In this document: piece by piece, positions 26,367-36,700 of the stretch
Layout of the letters: each line of letters opens with the position of its first letter
Position numbering within the stretch: position 1 is the first letter of the stretch
From: Rhodoluna sp.
GTDB lineage: Bacteria > Actinomycetota > Actinomycetes > Actinomycetales > Microbacteriaceae
Assembly (NCBI GenBank): GCA_044372795.1
Contig: JBILRF010000001.1
Coordinates: 20,359-84,358, forward strand
Direction: 5' to 3'
DNA: 64,000 nucleotides
The notes under the pieces: generated by a model
The model's input: only the letters and a program-made list of their open reading frames with translations
Database searches by the model: none
Told to the model about the DNA's origin: nothing
Program-made: the position numbers and the translations under genes

Positions 26367-27758
26367 ATGACCATAAAGCCAGATTTCAGCCAAGCCGTCC
26401 CGAAAGATTTAGGACACGTGCACTTTATTGGTATTGGTGGCTCAGGGATGAGCGGTATAGCAAGGTTGCTAATCAAATCAGGACACAAAGTTTCTGGTAG
26501 CGATGTTAGAGATTCAGGGAACATCGAAGAGCTTAGAAAACTTGGTGCACACATAACCATCGGCCATGATGCAGCGAACTTAGGTGAAGCGGACACTGTT
26601 GTGGTCACCTCAGCACTATGGCCAACTAATCCTGAGTATGTGCTTGCTCAAGAAAAGGGATTACCAATTCTTCACCGCTCTCAGGCTTTGAAATACCTAA
26701 CCAACGGTAAAAAGCTAATTTCAGTTGCTGGAGCTCACGGTAAAACCACCAGCACTGGAATGGTTGTCACAGGCTTACGAGTTCTAGGGCAAGACCCTAG
26801 CTTTGTAAACGGTGGCGTAATCGCAGAATATGGTTCCTCGGCTGCTTATGGAAGTTCAGACCTGTTCGTTATTGAAGCAGATGAATCAGATGGCTCGTTC
26901 CTGCACTATGAGACTTCAGTAGCACTGATCACCAATGTTGACCCAGACCACTTAGATCACTATGGCTCATTAGAAAACTTTGAGAAAGAGTTCGCCAGGT
27001 TTGCGTCCGGTGCTTCAGAATTTGTAGTTATCAGCTCTGATGACCCAGGGGCAGTTCGAGTCACCAAACTCATTAAAGATAAGAGAGTAATTACCTTCGG
27101 CGAAAATGCATCTTCAGATGTTCGAATCGTCAACTTAGATGCTTCAACTGCTCAGGTGAGTTTCACTTTGAGCTACCTAGATGACACTTATTCACAAACA
27201 CTCCAGGTGCCTGGTAAACACAATGCAATCAACGCTGCTGGTGCTTTTGCTGTGCTAGTTGGACTTGGCTTCGATGCAAAAGCATCACTTGATGCAATAG
27301 CGACATTTGCTGGCACAGAGCGACGTTTTGAATTGCACGGTGAGGTCAGGGGAGTGAAGGTTTACGATGACTTTGCTCATCACCCAACTGAAGTCTTAGC
27401 AGCGCTATCAGCTGCTCGTGCTGTTGTTGGAAGTGGAAGATTGATTACTGTTTTCCAACCTCACCTTTATAGCCGCACAAGATTATTTGCCAAAGAGTTT
27501 GCCCAGGCACTTGAACTAAGTGATCAGGTAGTCGTTCTAGACATTTACGCAGCTAGAGAAGATCCAGAACCAGGGGTAACCGGAGCATTAATAGCTGATG
27601 CCTTTATTGATCAGAGCAGAATGCACTACGTTCCACTTTGGGATGATGTTCCAGAAGCAGTCGACAAGATTGCAATTGAAGGCGATTTTGTAATCACAAT
27701 GGGCTGTGGCGATGTTTATCGTCAGGTACCAGGAATCTTGAAGGCGTTGAAGGCTTAG
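26367..27758 (+). CDS. murC: UDP-N-acetylmuramate--L-alanine ligase
   Basis: [11 protein letters not shown] and [10 protein letters not shown] motifs. Confidence 0.94.
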   Translation: MTIKPDFSQAVPKDLGHVHFIGIGGSGMSGIARLLIKSGHKVSGSDVRDSGNIEELRKLGAHITIGHDAANLGEADTVVVTSALWPTNPEYVLAQEKGLPILHRSQALKYLTNGKKLISVAGAHGKTTSTGMVVTGLRVLGQDPSFVNGGVIAEYGSSAAYGSSDLFVIEADESDGSFLHYETSVALITNVDPDHLDHYGSLENFEKEFARFASGASEFVVISSDDPGAVRVTKLIKDKRVITFGENASSDVRIVNLDASTAQVSFTLSYLDDTYSQTLQVPGKHNAINAAGAFAVLVGLGFDAKASLDAIATFAGTERRFELHGEVRGVKVYDDFAHHPTEVLAALSAARAVVGSGRLITVFQPHLYSRTRLFAKEFAQALELSDQVVVLDIYAAREDPEPGVTGALIADAFIDQSRMHYVPLWDDVPEAVDKIAIEGDFVITMGCGDVYRQVPGILKALKA

Positions 27759-27760
27759 TT

Positions 27761-28633
27761 TTGCAACCACCAAGAAAACCTGCCAGTTACCGCAAGCCAG
27801 TTCCGTTGGCAAAGCCTAAGTCTAAAAAACCTAAAGCCAAGGTTGCTTTGGTAAAGGCAGCAAGGCCTAAGAAGTCTCCATTAAAGAAGATGGTTAGAGA
27901 CAGTAGAAGAGCGCAGGTACGTGAAGCAAGAAGATTCACCAAAGAATCTCAGATCAAAAAGATCTTCTTTCGTTCTCTCCTTGGAGGTTTTATAACTCTA
28001 TTGCTACTGGTTTTATCCACCATAGTTACTCCAATTTTGGCTATCAACAAGATAACTGTTACTGGAACGCAAAAAGTTCCTGAGAAGCAGATTCAATCGG
28101 TTCTCAAAAAGTACATTGGGACACCGCTTCCGTTGATCAATAGCCAAAGTGTTGCCAATGACTTGGCTAAGTTCAAACTTATTGAGAGCATTTCAATAAT
28201 TAGTCAGCCACCGCATGAGCTTCAGGTAAGAGTCGTGGAAAGAACACCAATCTCTGTTGTTGTTACAGGCGGTGTTGGCTTTCTCTATGACCCTTCCGGG
28301 ATACGACTTGGTGTAGCAACAGGTTCCGAGAAACTTCCAACCATCATCATCACGGGGGATCCGAAAACATCCAAGAACTACACCCAGGCAATTGATGTGC
28401 TCCTATCATTACCAAGTTCACTACTAGAAAAGGTTGCTTATATTCAGGCCAAGACTAGAGACAACGTGACGATGAGCCTCAGGGGCAATGCTAGGCAAAC
28501 CATCATCTGGGGAGACTCAACTCAATCAGCTCTAAAATCCAGAGTGCTGAAGGTTTTGTTATTCAAAACACCAGCTCGAGTGCCGGCGACTTTCGATGTT
28601 TCGTCCCCACTAACGCCGAGCGTTATCCGATAG
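27761..28633 (+). CDS. ftsQ: Cell division protein FtsQ (Lys/Pro-rich N-terminus, TM segment, POTRA domain)
   Basis: Position between murC and ftsZ. TM helix LLGGFITLLLLVLSTIV followed by a POTRA-like INKITVTGTQKV. TTG start 2 nt after the murC stop. Confidence 0.85.
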   Translation: MQPPRKPASYRKPVPLAKPKSKKPKAKVALVKAARPKKSPLKKMVRDSRRAQVREARRFTKESQIKKIFFRSLLGGFITLLLLVLSTIVTPILAINKITVTGTQKVPEKQIQSVLKKYIGTPLPLINSQSVANDLAKFKLIESISIISQPPHELQVRVVERTPISVVVTGGVGFLYDPSGIRLGVATGSEKLPTIIITGDPKTSKNYTQAIDVLLSLPSSLLEKVAYIQAKTRDNVTMSLRGNARQTIIWGDSTQSALKSRVLKVLLFKTPARVPATFDVSSPLTPSVIR

Positions 28634-28776
28634 CAGAACTAGACACACCCAAGGATTAGCAGGGCTTCTGGGGTATTTCGGTTTAGTTTTTTGGCGCAGA
28701 TGCATTTGGTGTAAATGTTTAACCTTCAAGTAAAGGTTGAATGTTAGCCAAATGTTTGACTAATCGAAGGAAGCAC

Positions 28777-30000
28777 ATGTCTGAAGCAGGTCTAAACAAT
28801 TTTCTAGCTGTCATCAAAGTAGTTGGTGTCGGTGGTGCCGGAGGCAACGCTGTTAACCAAATGATCGAGAAGCAACTACGTGGCGTTGAATTCATTGCAA
28901 TCAACACCGATGGCCAGGACCTACTTAAATCTGAAGCACACGTGAAATTGGAAATTGGTAGCACCTCGACTAGAAGTCTTGGAGCGGGTGCTGATCCTGA
29001 AGTTGGTAGAAGAGCAGCTGAAGATCACGCTGAAGAAATTGCAGAAGTCCTTCGCGGTTCAGACATGGTGTTTGTTGCTGCTGGTGAAGGTGGTGGCACT
29101 GGTACAGGAGCTGCTCCTGTTGTTGCACGTATCGCTAAAGACTCAGGTGCACTAACAGTTGGTGTTGTTTCTCGCCCATTCGATTTTGAAGGAAGACGGA
29201 GAGCTGAAAATGCTCAAGCAGGTATTGAAGCACTGAAGGCCGAAGTTGATGCCTTGATAATTGTTCCAAACCAAAAACTTATTGAACTAAACGATGACGA
29301 ACTAAGTTTCGTAGACGCGTTCAGCATGGCAGATGAAATTCTTCGTGCAGGTGTTCAAGGTATCTCTGATCTGATTGTTGAGACAGGTCTTGTAAACCTA
29401 GACTTCGCAGACGTCAAGGCAGTTATGCAGGGTGCAGGAACTGCGCTGATGGGTATCGGTACTGCTAAGGGTGAAGACCGCGCGATGAGAGCGGCTGAGC
29501 AAGCGATCAACCATCCATTACTTGAAAACAGTATTGATAATGCTCGCGGTGTTCTTATTCAGTTCGCTGCTGCCTCAAACATGAAGCTTGCCGAAATCAA
29601 CAACGCTTCAAGACTGATTCAAGAAATTGTTCACCCAAGTGCAAACATCTACTTCGGTAGCTCAATCAATGATGCGATGGGCGATGAGATTCGTGTAACA
29701 GTTATTGCTGCTGGCTTCGATGAAGTAACTCCTCGACCAGCATCAAGAGCTAGTTCTTTCACAGCTTCTAACTCTGGTTCAATTCCAGTTGTCGTTCCAA
29801 CTCCTGTTTATGAGCCTGAGGCAGTGACCGAAGCTGCTCCGCTTGCAAGTGTTCCAGCTTGGTTCGGAACCTCTGAGATTGCAGAGCAGCAAGAAGTCGT
29901 TGAGCCTGTGACTCAAGAGAGCACGAAGTTCGAATTCGAAACTAGAAAAACAAGTTCTGGATTCGATGACGACATGGACATTCCTGATTTTATAAAGTAA
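28777..30000 (+). CDS. ftsZ: Cell division GTPase FtsZ
   Basis: [15 protein letters not shown], tubulin signature [13 protein letters not shown] and C-terminal peptide DIPDFIK. Start re-called to ATG 28777 (GAAGGAAG upstream) rather than 28741. Confidence 0.96.
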   Translation: MSEAGLNNFLAVIKVVGVGGAGGNAVNQMIEKQLRGVEFIAINTDGQDLLKSEAHVKLEIGSTSTRSLGAGADPEVGRRAAEDHAEEIAEVLRGSDMVFVAAGEGGGTGTGAAPVVARIAKDSGALTVGVVSRPFDFEGRRRAENAQAGIEALKAEVDALIIVPNQKLIELNDDELSFVDAFSMADEILRAGVQGISDLIVETGLVNLDFADVKAVMQGAGTALMGIGTAKGEDRAMRAAEQAINHPLLENSIDNARGVLIQFAAASNMKLAEINNASRLIQEIVHPSANIYFGSSINDAMGDEIRVTVIAAGFDEVTPRPASRASSFTASNSGSIPVVVPTPVYEPEAVTEAAPLASVPAWFGTSEIAEQQEVVEPVTQESTKFEFETRKTSSGFDDDMDIPDFIK

Positions 30001-30007
30001 GAGATTC

Positions 30008-30703
30008 TTGGAATCCACTCTCGCGCAACGACTCGTATCAATTCACCAGAGAATTGATACGGCAGCCAAAAATGCTGAACGTTCTGCTTCTGAGATTGAA
30101 CTAGTTATCGTCACCAAGAACCATGGCTTCGATTTAGCTCTTGAATTACTAAGACTGGGCGAGAGCCAGTTCGGTGAAAACAAAGACCAGGAGGCCTCAG
30201 CCAAGGCTCAGGCAGTGCTAGAGAACCTGGATCAGGGGCTAGTGGCTCCAACCTGGCACTTCGTTGGTCAGCTTCAATCCAACAAGGTGAAATCAATGCT
30301 CGGCTACAGCTCTGTCTTGCATTCACTGGACAGGCCCTCTTTGCTCAAGGAGCTCTCCAAGCAATTGGGTAATAACCCAGATAAGCGGCTAGATGTATTT
30401 GTTGAGCTCAATCTGACGGGTGACCCTAATAGAGGTGGCTTAGACCCAGAGGGCCTTATTGAGTTTGCTGAGCAGGTTTTAGCGGTCCCACAGATCAATC
30501 TTCTTGGGGTGATGGGGGTAGCCGGACTTGATGTTGACCCACGGGTTGATTTTGAAAGAATTCAGGCTGCAAGCCAAAGGTTATTAACCGTTTCTTCTGC
30601 AGCTAAGTTCATTTCGGCAGGCATGTCAGGGGACTTTGAAGAGGCTATTGGCTTCGGTGCGACACACTTACGAATAGGCACAGCAATTACGGGCAAGCGT
30701 TAG
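30008..30703 (+). CDS. yggS: YggS-family pyridoxal-phosphate homeostasis protein
   Basis: 231 aa with a TIM-barrel alanine-racemase-N-like fold. The VTK motif carries the likely PLP lysine. Canonical position after ftsZ. TTG start. Confidence 0.88.
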   Translation: MESTLAQRLVSIHQRIDTAAKNAERSASEIELVIVTKNHGFDLALELLRLGESQFGENKDQEASAKAQAVLENLDQGLVAPTWHFVGQLQSNKVKSMLGYSSVLHSLDRPSLLKELSKQLGNNPDKRLDVFVELNLTGDPNRGGLDPEGLIEFAEQVLAVPQINLLGVMGVAGLDVDPRVDFERIQAASQRLLTVSSAAKFISAGMSGDFEEAIGFGATHLRIGTAITGKR

Positions 30704-30751
30704 TTATTGGGTTTAGCCTTGATTATGTCGGGGTTTAGCAAAGGAGACAAC

Positions 30752-31168
30752 GTGTCTGGTTTAATCGGTAGCTTGAAAGAATTCCTCATGCCTCGAGGTG
30801 GTGGCCCAGCTGAGAGCTCAGAGGTACGCAGTGGTTCTGTAGCAAGATCTAAGGCCCCTAGACCTTCTAGAAGAAACAATGACGTTGTAAGCATTGAGAC
30901 AGTGACCCCAAAGTCATACGTTGAAGCTGGAGAGATTGCCTTGATTCTTAGAGAAGGCACCCCAGTGATTGTGAACGTAAGCCTGCTAACAGAAGCTGAA
31001 AAAAGAAGACTTGTCGACTTTATGGCTGGACTAAAGGCTGGTTTGATGGCTGAATCAAAGCGAGTGGCTGAAGATGTTTATCTTCTTGGCCCTCACGGTG
31101 TTGAAATTGACCCAGACTCAAATGAGGTTCTAGAAGCCGAAGGTGTCGGACTTATAGTTCGTCCTTAG
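30752..31168 (+). CDS. sepF: Cell division protein SepF
   Basis: N-terminal amphipathic SGLIGSLKEFL and the conserved C-terminal SepF domain (PKSYVEAGEIA..VIVNV). Start re-called to GTG 30752 (AAGGAG 5 nt upstream); the ORF-track start is 30707. Confidence 0.9.
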   Translation: MSGLIGSLKEFLMPRGGGPAESSEVRSGSVARSKAPRPSRRNNDVVSIETVTPKSYVEAGEIALILREGTPVIVNVSLLTEAEKRRLVDFMAGLKAGLMAESKRVAEDVYLLGPHGVEIDPDSNEVLEAEGVGLIVRP

Positions 31169-31181
31169 TCCGGAGCCACTC

Positions 31182-31469
31182 TTGTCACAAATCGCAGGCT
31201 TACTAATTGGCCTTTTAGACCTGTTCAGGCTGGTTCTATTGGCTCGCATCATCTTGGACTGGGTTAGAGCTTTCAACCCTTCATTTAGCCCTAAAGGCAT
31301 CTTTTTGATACTTGCTGAGCTGGCTTACACCCTTACCGACTGGGCTATCAAGCCACTTTCTAAGATTCTTAAGCCTGTGCGAATAGGCGCTGCATACATT
31401 GATCTGTCAATAATTGCCCTGTTTGTGCTCCTGATAGTCCTTGAAGCGCTGTTAAGAACACTCATTTAG
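31182..31469 (+). CDS. yggT: YggT-family membrane protein
   Basis: 95 aa with two TM helices. Conserved position between sepF and divIVA. TTG start with GGAG upstream. Confidence 0.85.
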   Translation: MSQIAGLLIGLLDLFRLVLLARIILDWVRAFNPSFSPKGIFLILAELAYTLTDWAIKPLSKILKPVRIGAAYIDLSIIALFVLLIVLEALLRTLI

Positions 31470-31545
31470 ATTGTTGATGTAGGGTAACCTTAACTTTTGG
31501 CCCGTACCACAAAACATTGTGGCAGATAAGAAATAGGAGATTGCG

Positions 31546-32196
31546 ATGCCGTTGACTCCAGAAGATGTCGTTAATAAGAGATTCCAGCCAACAAAATTCC
31601 GTGAAGGCTATGACCAGGATGAGGTCGATGACTTCCTGGATGAGATTGTTTTGGAGATGCGTCGCATCACCCAAGAAAACGAAGATCTAAGGCAGCGTTT
31701 ACTAGCTGCCGATGGAAGACTTACCGAACTTCAGAGAAGTGGTGCAACCCTAGTCCAGCAGGTAAACGCTGCTGAAGCATCTATTCCTGAGGCCACAACT
31801 CCTAATGATGCTTTCCCTCAGGCTGCTGCGGATATGGGCTCATTCGAGTCGAACAACACCAACAACTTGCTGCAGCTTGCACGTAAGTTGCACGAAGAGC
31901 ATGTTCGTGAAGGACTTGAAAAGCGCGATGCTTTAGTTGCTGAAGGTCACGCAACCGCTGCACGCATTGTTCGTGAAGCAGAAGCTCAGCACCGTGCCGA
32001 CATGTCAAGACTTGAGCAGGAGAAAGCTCTCGCAGAGAATGACCTACAGACTCTTAGAAACTTTGAACGTGACTACAGAGCCAAGCTCAAGTCATACATC
32101 GAAGGTCAGCTAAGCGATCTTGAGGCAGCTAACTCAACTGGTCAAAAGCCTCCAACCGGCCCAACTCCGATCTCCAACCAAACATTCCAAATCTGA
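31546..32196 (+). CDS. divIVA: DivIVA / Wag31 polar growth determinant
   Basis: N-terminus MPLTPEDVVNKRFQPTKFREGYDQDEVDDFLDEI followed by coiled coils. Confidence 0.95.
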   Translation: MPLTPEDVVNKRFQPTKFREGYDQDEVDDFLDEIVLEMRRITQENEDLRQRLLAADGRLTELQRSGATLVQQVNAAEASIPEATTPNDAFPQAAADMGSFESNNTNNLLQLARKLHEEHVREGLEKRDALVAEGHATAARIVREAEAQHRADMSRLEQEKALAENDLQTLRNFERDYRAKLKSYIEGQLSDLEAANSTGQKPPTGPTPISNQTFQI

Positions 32197-32201
32197 TTTA
32201 G

Positions 32202-32699
32202 TTGAGTTCGAGACAGCCTCTTAATAAAGCCACCCTAACTTTTTTAGGTGTAGCGCTAAGCATCGTATTTGTTGATCAACTCACTAAAACTCTTGCTTTG
32301 GAATACCTGGAGTTATACCAACCAAGGCCAGTTATCGGTGAGTTACTTCAATTCACCCTGGCCTTTAACGATCGAGCAGCTTTTTCAATCGGTGGAGCCA
32401 ACACCTGGATATTCACTTTGATTGCGTCAGTGGTAACGCTGGCACTGCTTTGGTTTGGGCCTAAGTTCAAAACCAAAAGCTGGTTGCTTCTGGGTGGAAT
32501 TGCCTTAGGTGGAGTTACTGGAAACCTAATCGACAGATTGTTTCGCGAGCCAAGTTTTGCTAACGGTCACGTAGTTGACTTCATCCAGATTCCATTTAAC
32601 TTTCCGATTTTCAATATTGCAGACATGGCAATATCCTCTGCCGCTTTCTTGATTGCTCTGAAAGTTATCAGGGGAGAGAAATTCGGCGGGTCCAAATGA
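32202..32699 (+). CDS. lspA: Lipoprotein signal peptidase II
   Basis: Four TM segments. Motifs NDRAAFS and FNIADM carry the catalytic Asp residues. TTG start. Confidence 0.9.
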   Translation: MSSRQPLNKATLTFLGVALSIVFVDQLTKTLALEYLELYQPRPVIGELLQFTLAFNDRAAFSIGGANTWIFTLIASVVTLALLWFGPKFKTKSWLLLGGIALGGVTGNLIDRLFREPSFANGHVVDFIQIPFNFPIFNIADMAISSAAFLIALKVIRGEKFGGSK

Positions 32700-33622
32700 C
32701 CCAGGAGAAATTGGTTCAGGTTCCAGAAGGTATAGGTGGAACTAGAGCTGATGCTGGAATTTCCAAACTGCTAGGCATGTCTCGTTCTGCAGTTGCGGCG
32801 ATGATTGATTCTGGTCTGGTGCAACAAAATGATCGAGTAATTGATAAAGCAGCACTTTTGGTTTCTGATGCATGGCTTCGAATAACTATGCCTAAACCAA
32901 AAGCTCCGCTTGCTCTAGTAGCCGAAAATGTTGAAGGGCTAAAAATTGTTTATCAAGATCAGGACATAGTTGTCGTTGATAAGCCCTCTGGTGTTGCAGC
33001 TCATCCTTCCGTTGGCTGGGATGGACCAAGTGTTGGTGGTGCACTATTAGCTTTAGGTATTGAAATGTCCACCAGCGGTGTAGCGGAGCGTCAAGGAATT
33101 GTTTCTCGACTAGATGTTGGTACCAGCGGGTTAATGGTCTTAACAAAGACGGAGATCGCCTACAGCAGGATGAAGCAAGCATTTAGAGATCGTGTGGTGG
33201 ATAAGACCTACCATGCTTTGGCTCAAGGTCATCCTGACCCTAGTGCTGGAACCCTTGATGCGCCTATTGGAAGACACCTCAAGCACGAATACAAGTTCGC
33301 AGTTACTGCTGAAGGAAAACCTTCAGTAACCCACTACAAGACCTTAGAGGCATTCCAAGCTGCTTCTTTGCTTGAAGTGGAACTTGAAACCGGTAGAACT
33401 CACCAGATCAGAGTGCACTTATCCGCCTTCAAACATCCTTTAGTTGGAGACACCCTTTACGGCTGTGACTCCAAGCTAGCTCTAAGGCTCGGGATGGAAA
33501 GACAGTGGCTTCATGCCATGAAACTTGGGTTTATTCACCCAACTAAGGGCGAGTATGTGTTCTTTGAAAGTGAATACCCACAGGATTTGATTCACTCCCT
33601 TGAGGTATTGCGCTCTAGCTAG
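32696..33622 (+). CDS. rluD: RluA-family 23S rRNA pseudouridine synthase (RluD-like)
   Basis: N-terminal S4-like domain. Catalytic motif SRLDVGTSGLMVL. ATGA overlap with lspA. Confidence 0.9.
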   Translation: MTQEKLVQVPEGIGGTRADAGISKLLGMSRSAVAAMIDSGLVQQNDRVIDKAALLVSDAWLRITMPKPKAPLALVAENVEGLKIVYQDQDIVVVDKPSGVAAHPSVGWDGPSVGGALLALGIEMSTSGVAERQGIVSRLDVGTSGLMVLTKTEIAYSRMKQAFRDRVVDKTYHALAQGHPDPSAGTLDAPIGRHLKHEYKFAVTAEGKPSVTHYKTLEAFQAASLLEVELETGRTHQIRVHLSAFKHPLVGDTLYGCDSKLALRLGMERQWLHAMKLGFIHPTKGEYVFFESEYPQDLIHSLEVLRSS

Positions 33623-33624
33623 TT

Positions 33625-33643
33625 TTCAGGCGGAGAGCCTGAA
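33625..33643 (+). terminator. Possible U-tract-less terminator hairpin after rluD
   Basis: TTCAGGC-ggaga-GCCTGAA, a 7-bp stem immediately after the rluD stop. No T-tract. Confidence 0.3.
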
Positions 33644-33708
33644 ATAAGATGACACAGGGTCAAGTTAGGCTATTTCCCCGAACCTCATAAAAGCAAAGTA
33701 AGTAAGAA

Positions 33709-36700
33709 ATGACCTCAGGCAGCGCTAACTTTGTGCACTTACATGTGCACACTGATTACTCCATGCTTGATGGGGCAGCCAAGATTGATGAGCTTTTAGA
33801 TAAAGCCGTTGGCTATGAAATGCCAGCTATTGCAATCACCGATCATGGCAATAACTTTGGAGCATATGAGTTTTGGCAGAAAGCCACTAAGAAAGGCATC
33901 AAGCCGATCATTGGTATTGAAGCATACCTAGCGCCAGGCTCAAGGTTTGATAAGAGTAGAACTTATTGGGCTGATGGTGGCGATGACGATTTATCTAAAG
34001 GTGCTTATTCACACCTAACCATGCTCTCAACCGATAACGCCAGCATGATGAATCTTTTCAAACTGAGTTCATACGCATGGCTTGAGGGTTATTACTTCCA
34101 ACCTCGCATGGACAGAGAACTTTTAGCTAAATACTCAAAAGGAATTATTGCTACCTCAGGTTGTGCCGGTGGGGAAGTGCAAACAAGGTTAAGGCTTGGT
34201 CAATACAAAGAGGCATTAGAAACAGCAGCAGAGTTTAGAGACATCTTCGGTAAAGACAATTACTTCATCGAGATTATGGATCACGGAGCTTCAGTTGAGC
34301 GAAGATCTTTCGAAGAGCTCATCAAGCTTTCCAAAGACTTAGGTATTCCACTTCTTGCAACCAATGACCTGCACTACACAGAGCCTGGTCACATTGAAGC
34401 TCAAGAGGCTTTGCTTTGTATTCAAACCGGCACCAAGATGACCGATGAGAAGAGATTCAAATTCGACGGTGAAGGTTATTACCTGAAGAGTGCTAGACAG
34501 ATGCGAGAACTCTTTGCTGATTTCCCAGAGGCATGTGATAACACACTGCTAGTTGCTGAAAGATCAGACATCAAATTCGAAGAGCGTAACCTGATGCCTC
34601 GCTTCGATGTTCCAGAAGGCCACACCGAAGCTAGCTGGTTCGAACAAGAGGTTCTTGCTGGCATGAAGGCTCGGTTCGGAACCAACATCGCTGCGGAGTA
34701 TCAAGAGCGAATTGCCTATGAAATTCAAGTCATCAAGAACATGAACTTCCCTGGTTACTTCCTCGTTGTTGCCGACTTCATCTCTTGGGCAAGGGCACAG
34801 GGAATCAGAGTTGGACCAGGTCGTGGTTCTGCTGCTGGATCTCTGGTTTCTTATGTTCTTGGTATTACCGCTCTTGATCCAATCAAGTATGGACTTATCT
34901 TTGAAAGATTCTTGAACCCAAGCAGAAAGAGCTTGCCGGATATCGATGTTGACTTTGACGATAGACGTCGTGGTGAAGTTATCCGCTATGTAACTGAAAA
35001 GTATGGGGATGACAGAGTAGCTCAGATTATTACCTATGGAACTATCAAGGCCAAGCAATCTATCAAGGATGCGGCAAGAGTTCTGGGAATGGATTACTCA
35101 GTTGGTGAGAAGCTAACTAAAGCAATGCCTCCGATGATCTTGGGTCGAGACATGACTCTAAGAGAAATGATTGAAGACCCAAATCTAAAACCAGTAGTTG
35201 AAGTTTCCATTGATGAACCAAGTGATGACGAGTTTGAAGAAGACACTATAGAGCTTGAACCAGTTGCTGTCGCTGCAGCTGTGAAGACAGACTCAAAGAG
35301 CAGATACAAGGAAGCCGCTGAGTTTAGAAAAATTCTCGAAGAAGATCCAGATGCCAGAAGAGTGTTTGAATTAGCTCGAGGCCTAGAAGGTCTAAAGCGT
35401 CAAACTAGCGTGCACGCAGCCGGTGTCATCATGTCAGCAGAACCGCTACTTGATGTGATTCCAGTTATTCGAAGAGATGACGACGGTGCAATCATCACTG
35501 CATTTGCGCAAAAGCCTTGTGAAGATCTAGGGCTAGTAAAGATGGACTTCCTAGGACTCAGAAACTTGACAGTCTTAGATAAGGCAATTGAGAACGTTTT
35601 ATCAAACCGCGGTGAAACTGTTGTTCTCGAAGACCTAGACCTTGATGGCGATCAGTTGACCTACGAAATGCTCTCTAGGGGAGAAACCCTGGGTGTATTC
35701 CAGCTCGACGGTGGGCAAATGCGTTCACTACTGAAGATCTTGAAGCCAAGTAAGTTTGAACACATCTCGGCTGCGATTGCTTTGTATAGACCAGGTCCTA
35801 TGGGTGTTGGTTCTCACACTTCTTACGCTCACCGTAAAAACGGTAACGAACAGCCTGATTCGATACACCCAGATCTTGAAGGTCCACTAGCAGATATCCT
35901 TGGTCCAACATATGGGCTAATTGTTTACCAAGAGCAGGTAATGGCTGTTGCGCAGAAGGTAGCGAACTTCTCGCTTGCCCAAGCGGATGCGCTTAGAAGT
36001 GCGATGGGTAAAAAGCTCAAGGATGTCCTAGATGAACAACTTGCAGCTTTTACCGCTGGTATGAAGCAAAACGGTTTCTCTGATGTTGTTATTGAGAAAC
36101 TTTGGGGAACCCTGCTTCCATTTGCGGACTATGCGTTCAACAAAGCACACAGCGCTGCCTACGGTGTGTTGTCTTACTGGACTGCGTATCTAAAAGCGAA
36201 TTATCCGCAGGAGTATATGGCAGCTCTTCTAACTTCGGTTAGAAGTTCAAGAGATCGCTTGAGTGTTTATCTAAGCGAGACAAGAAGAGCTGGAATTCAG
36301 GTCTTACCACCTGATGTGAATGACTCGATTGCAGATTTCAGAGCGGTTGGCAAAGACATACGATTTGGTCTTGAAGCAGTCAAGAATGTTGGTCTTGGCG
36401 TTATACAAGAGATTATTAGAACAAGGGAAACAGAAGGAAGGTTCGAATCTTTCCAAGACTTCGTTTCCAAGGTGCCAGCATCGGTGTGCACCAAGAAAGT
36501 TATTGAATCCCTAATCAAAGCAGGTGCTTTTGATTCCTTCGGTGTTTCAAGAAGAGCTCTCTTTGAAGTGCATGAAGAAATCATCACAGCTGAAATCAAA
36601 GCTAAGAAATCAAAAACAACGGGGGATAGCGATCTCTTCGGTGATTTTGGTTCTGATGAGACCAGTTACAAGATTGCAAACCTAGCAGAATGGCCTCAAA

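Noticed and set aside
34564-35058. 164-aa antisense ORF inside dnaE. Similar shadow ORFs occur at 4668-5039, 8897-9268, 21667-22017, 47423-47779 and 56791-57207.
   Set aside because: All lie wholly inside well-supported genes on the opposite strand. None has domain signatures. They are expected by chance in long genes with biased codon usage.
36440-36449. GGTTCGAATC, a tRNA T-arm-like string.
   Set aside because: It lies in-frame inside dnaE (..EGRFESF..). No acceptor, D or anticodon stems can be drawn around it.
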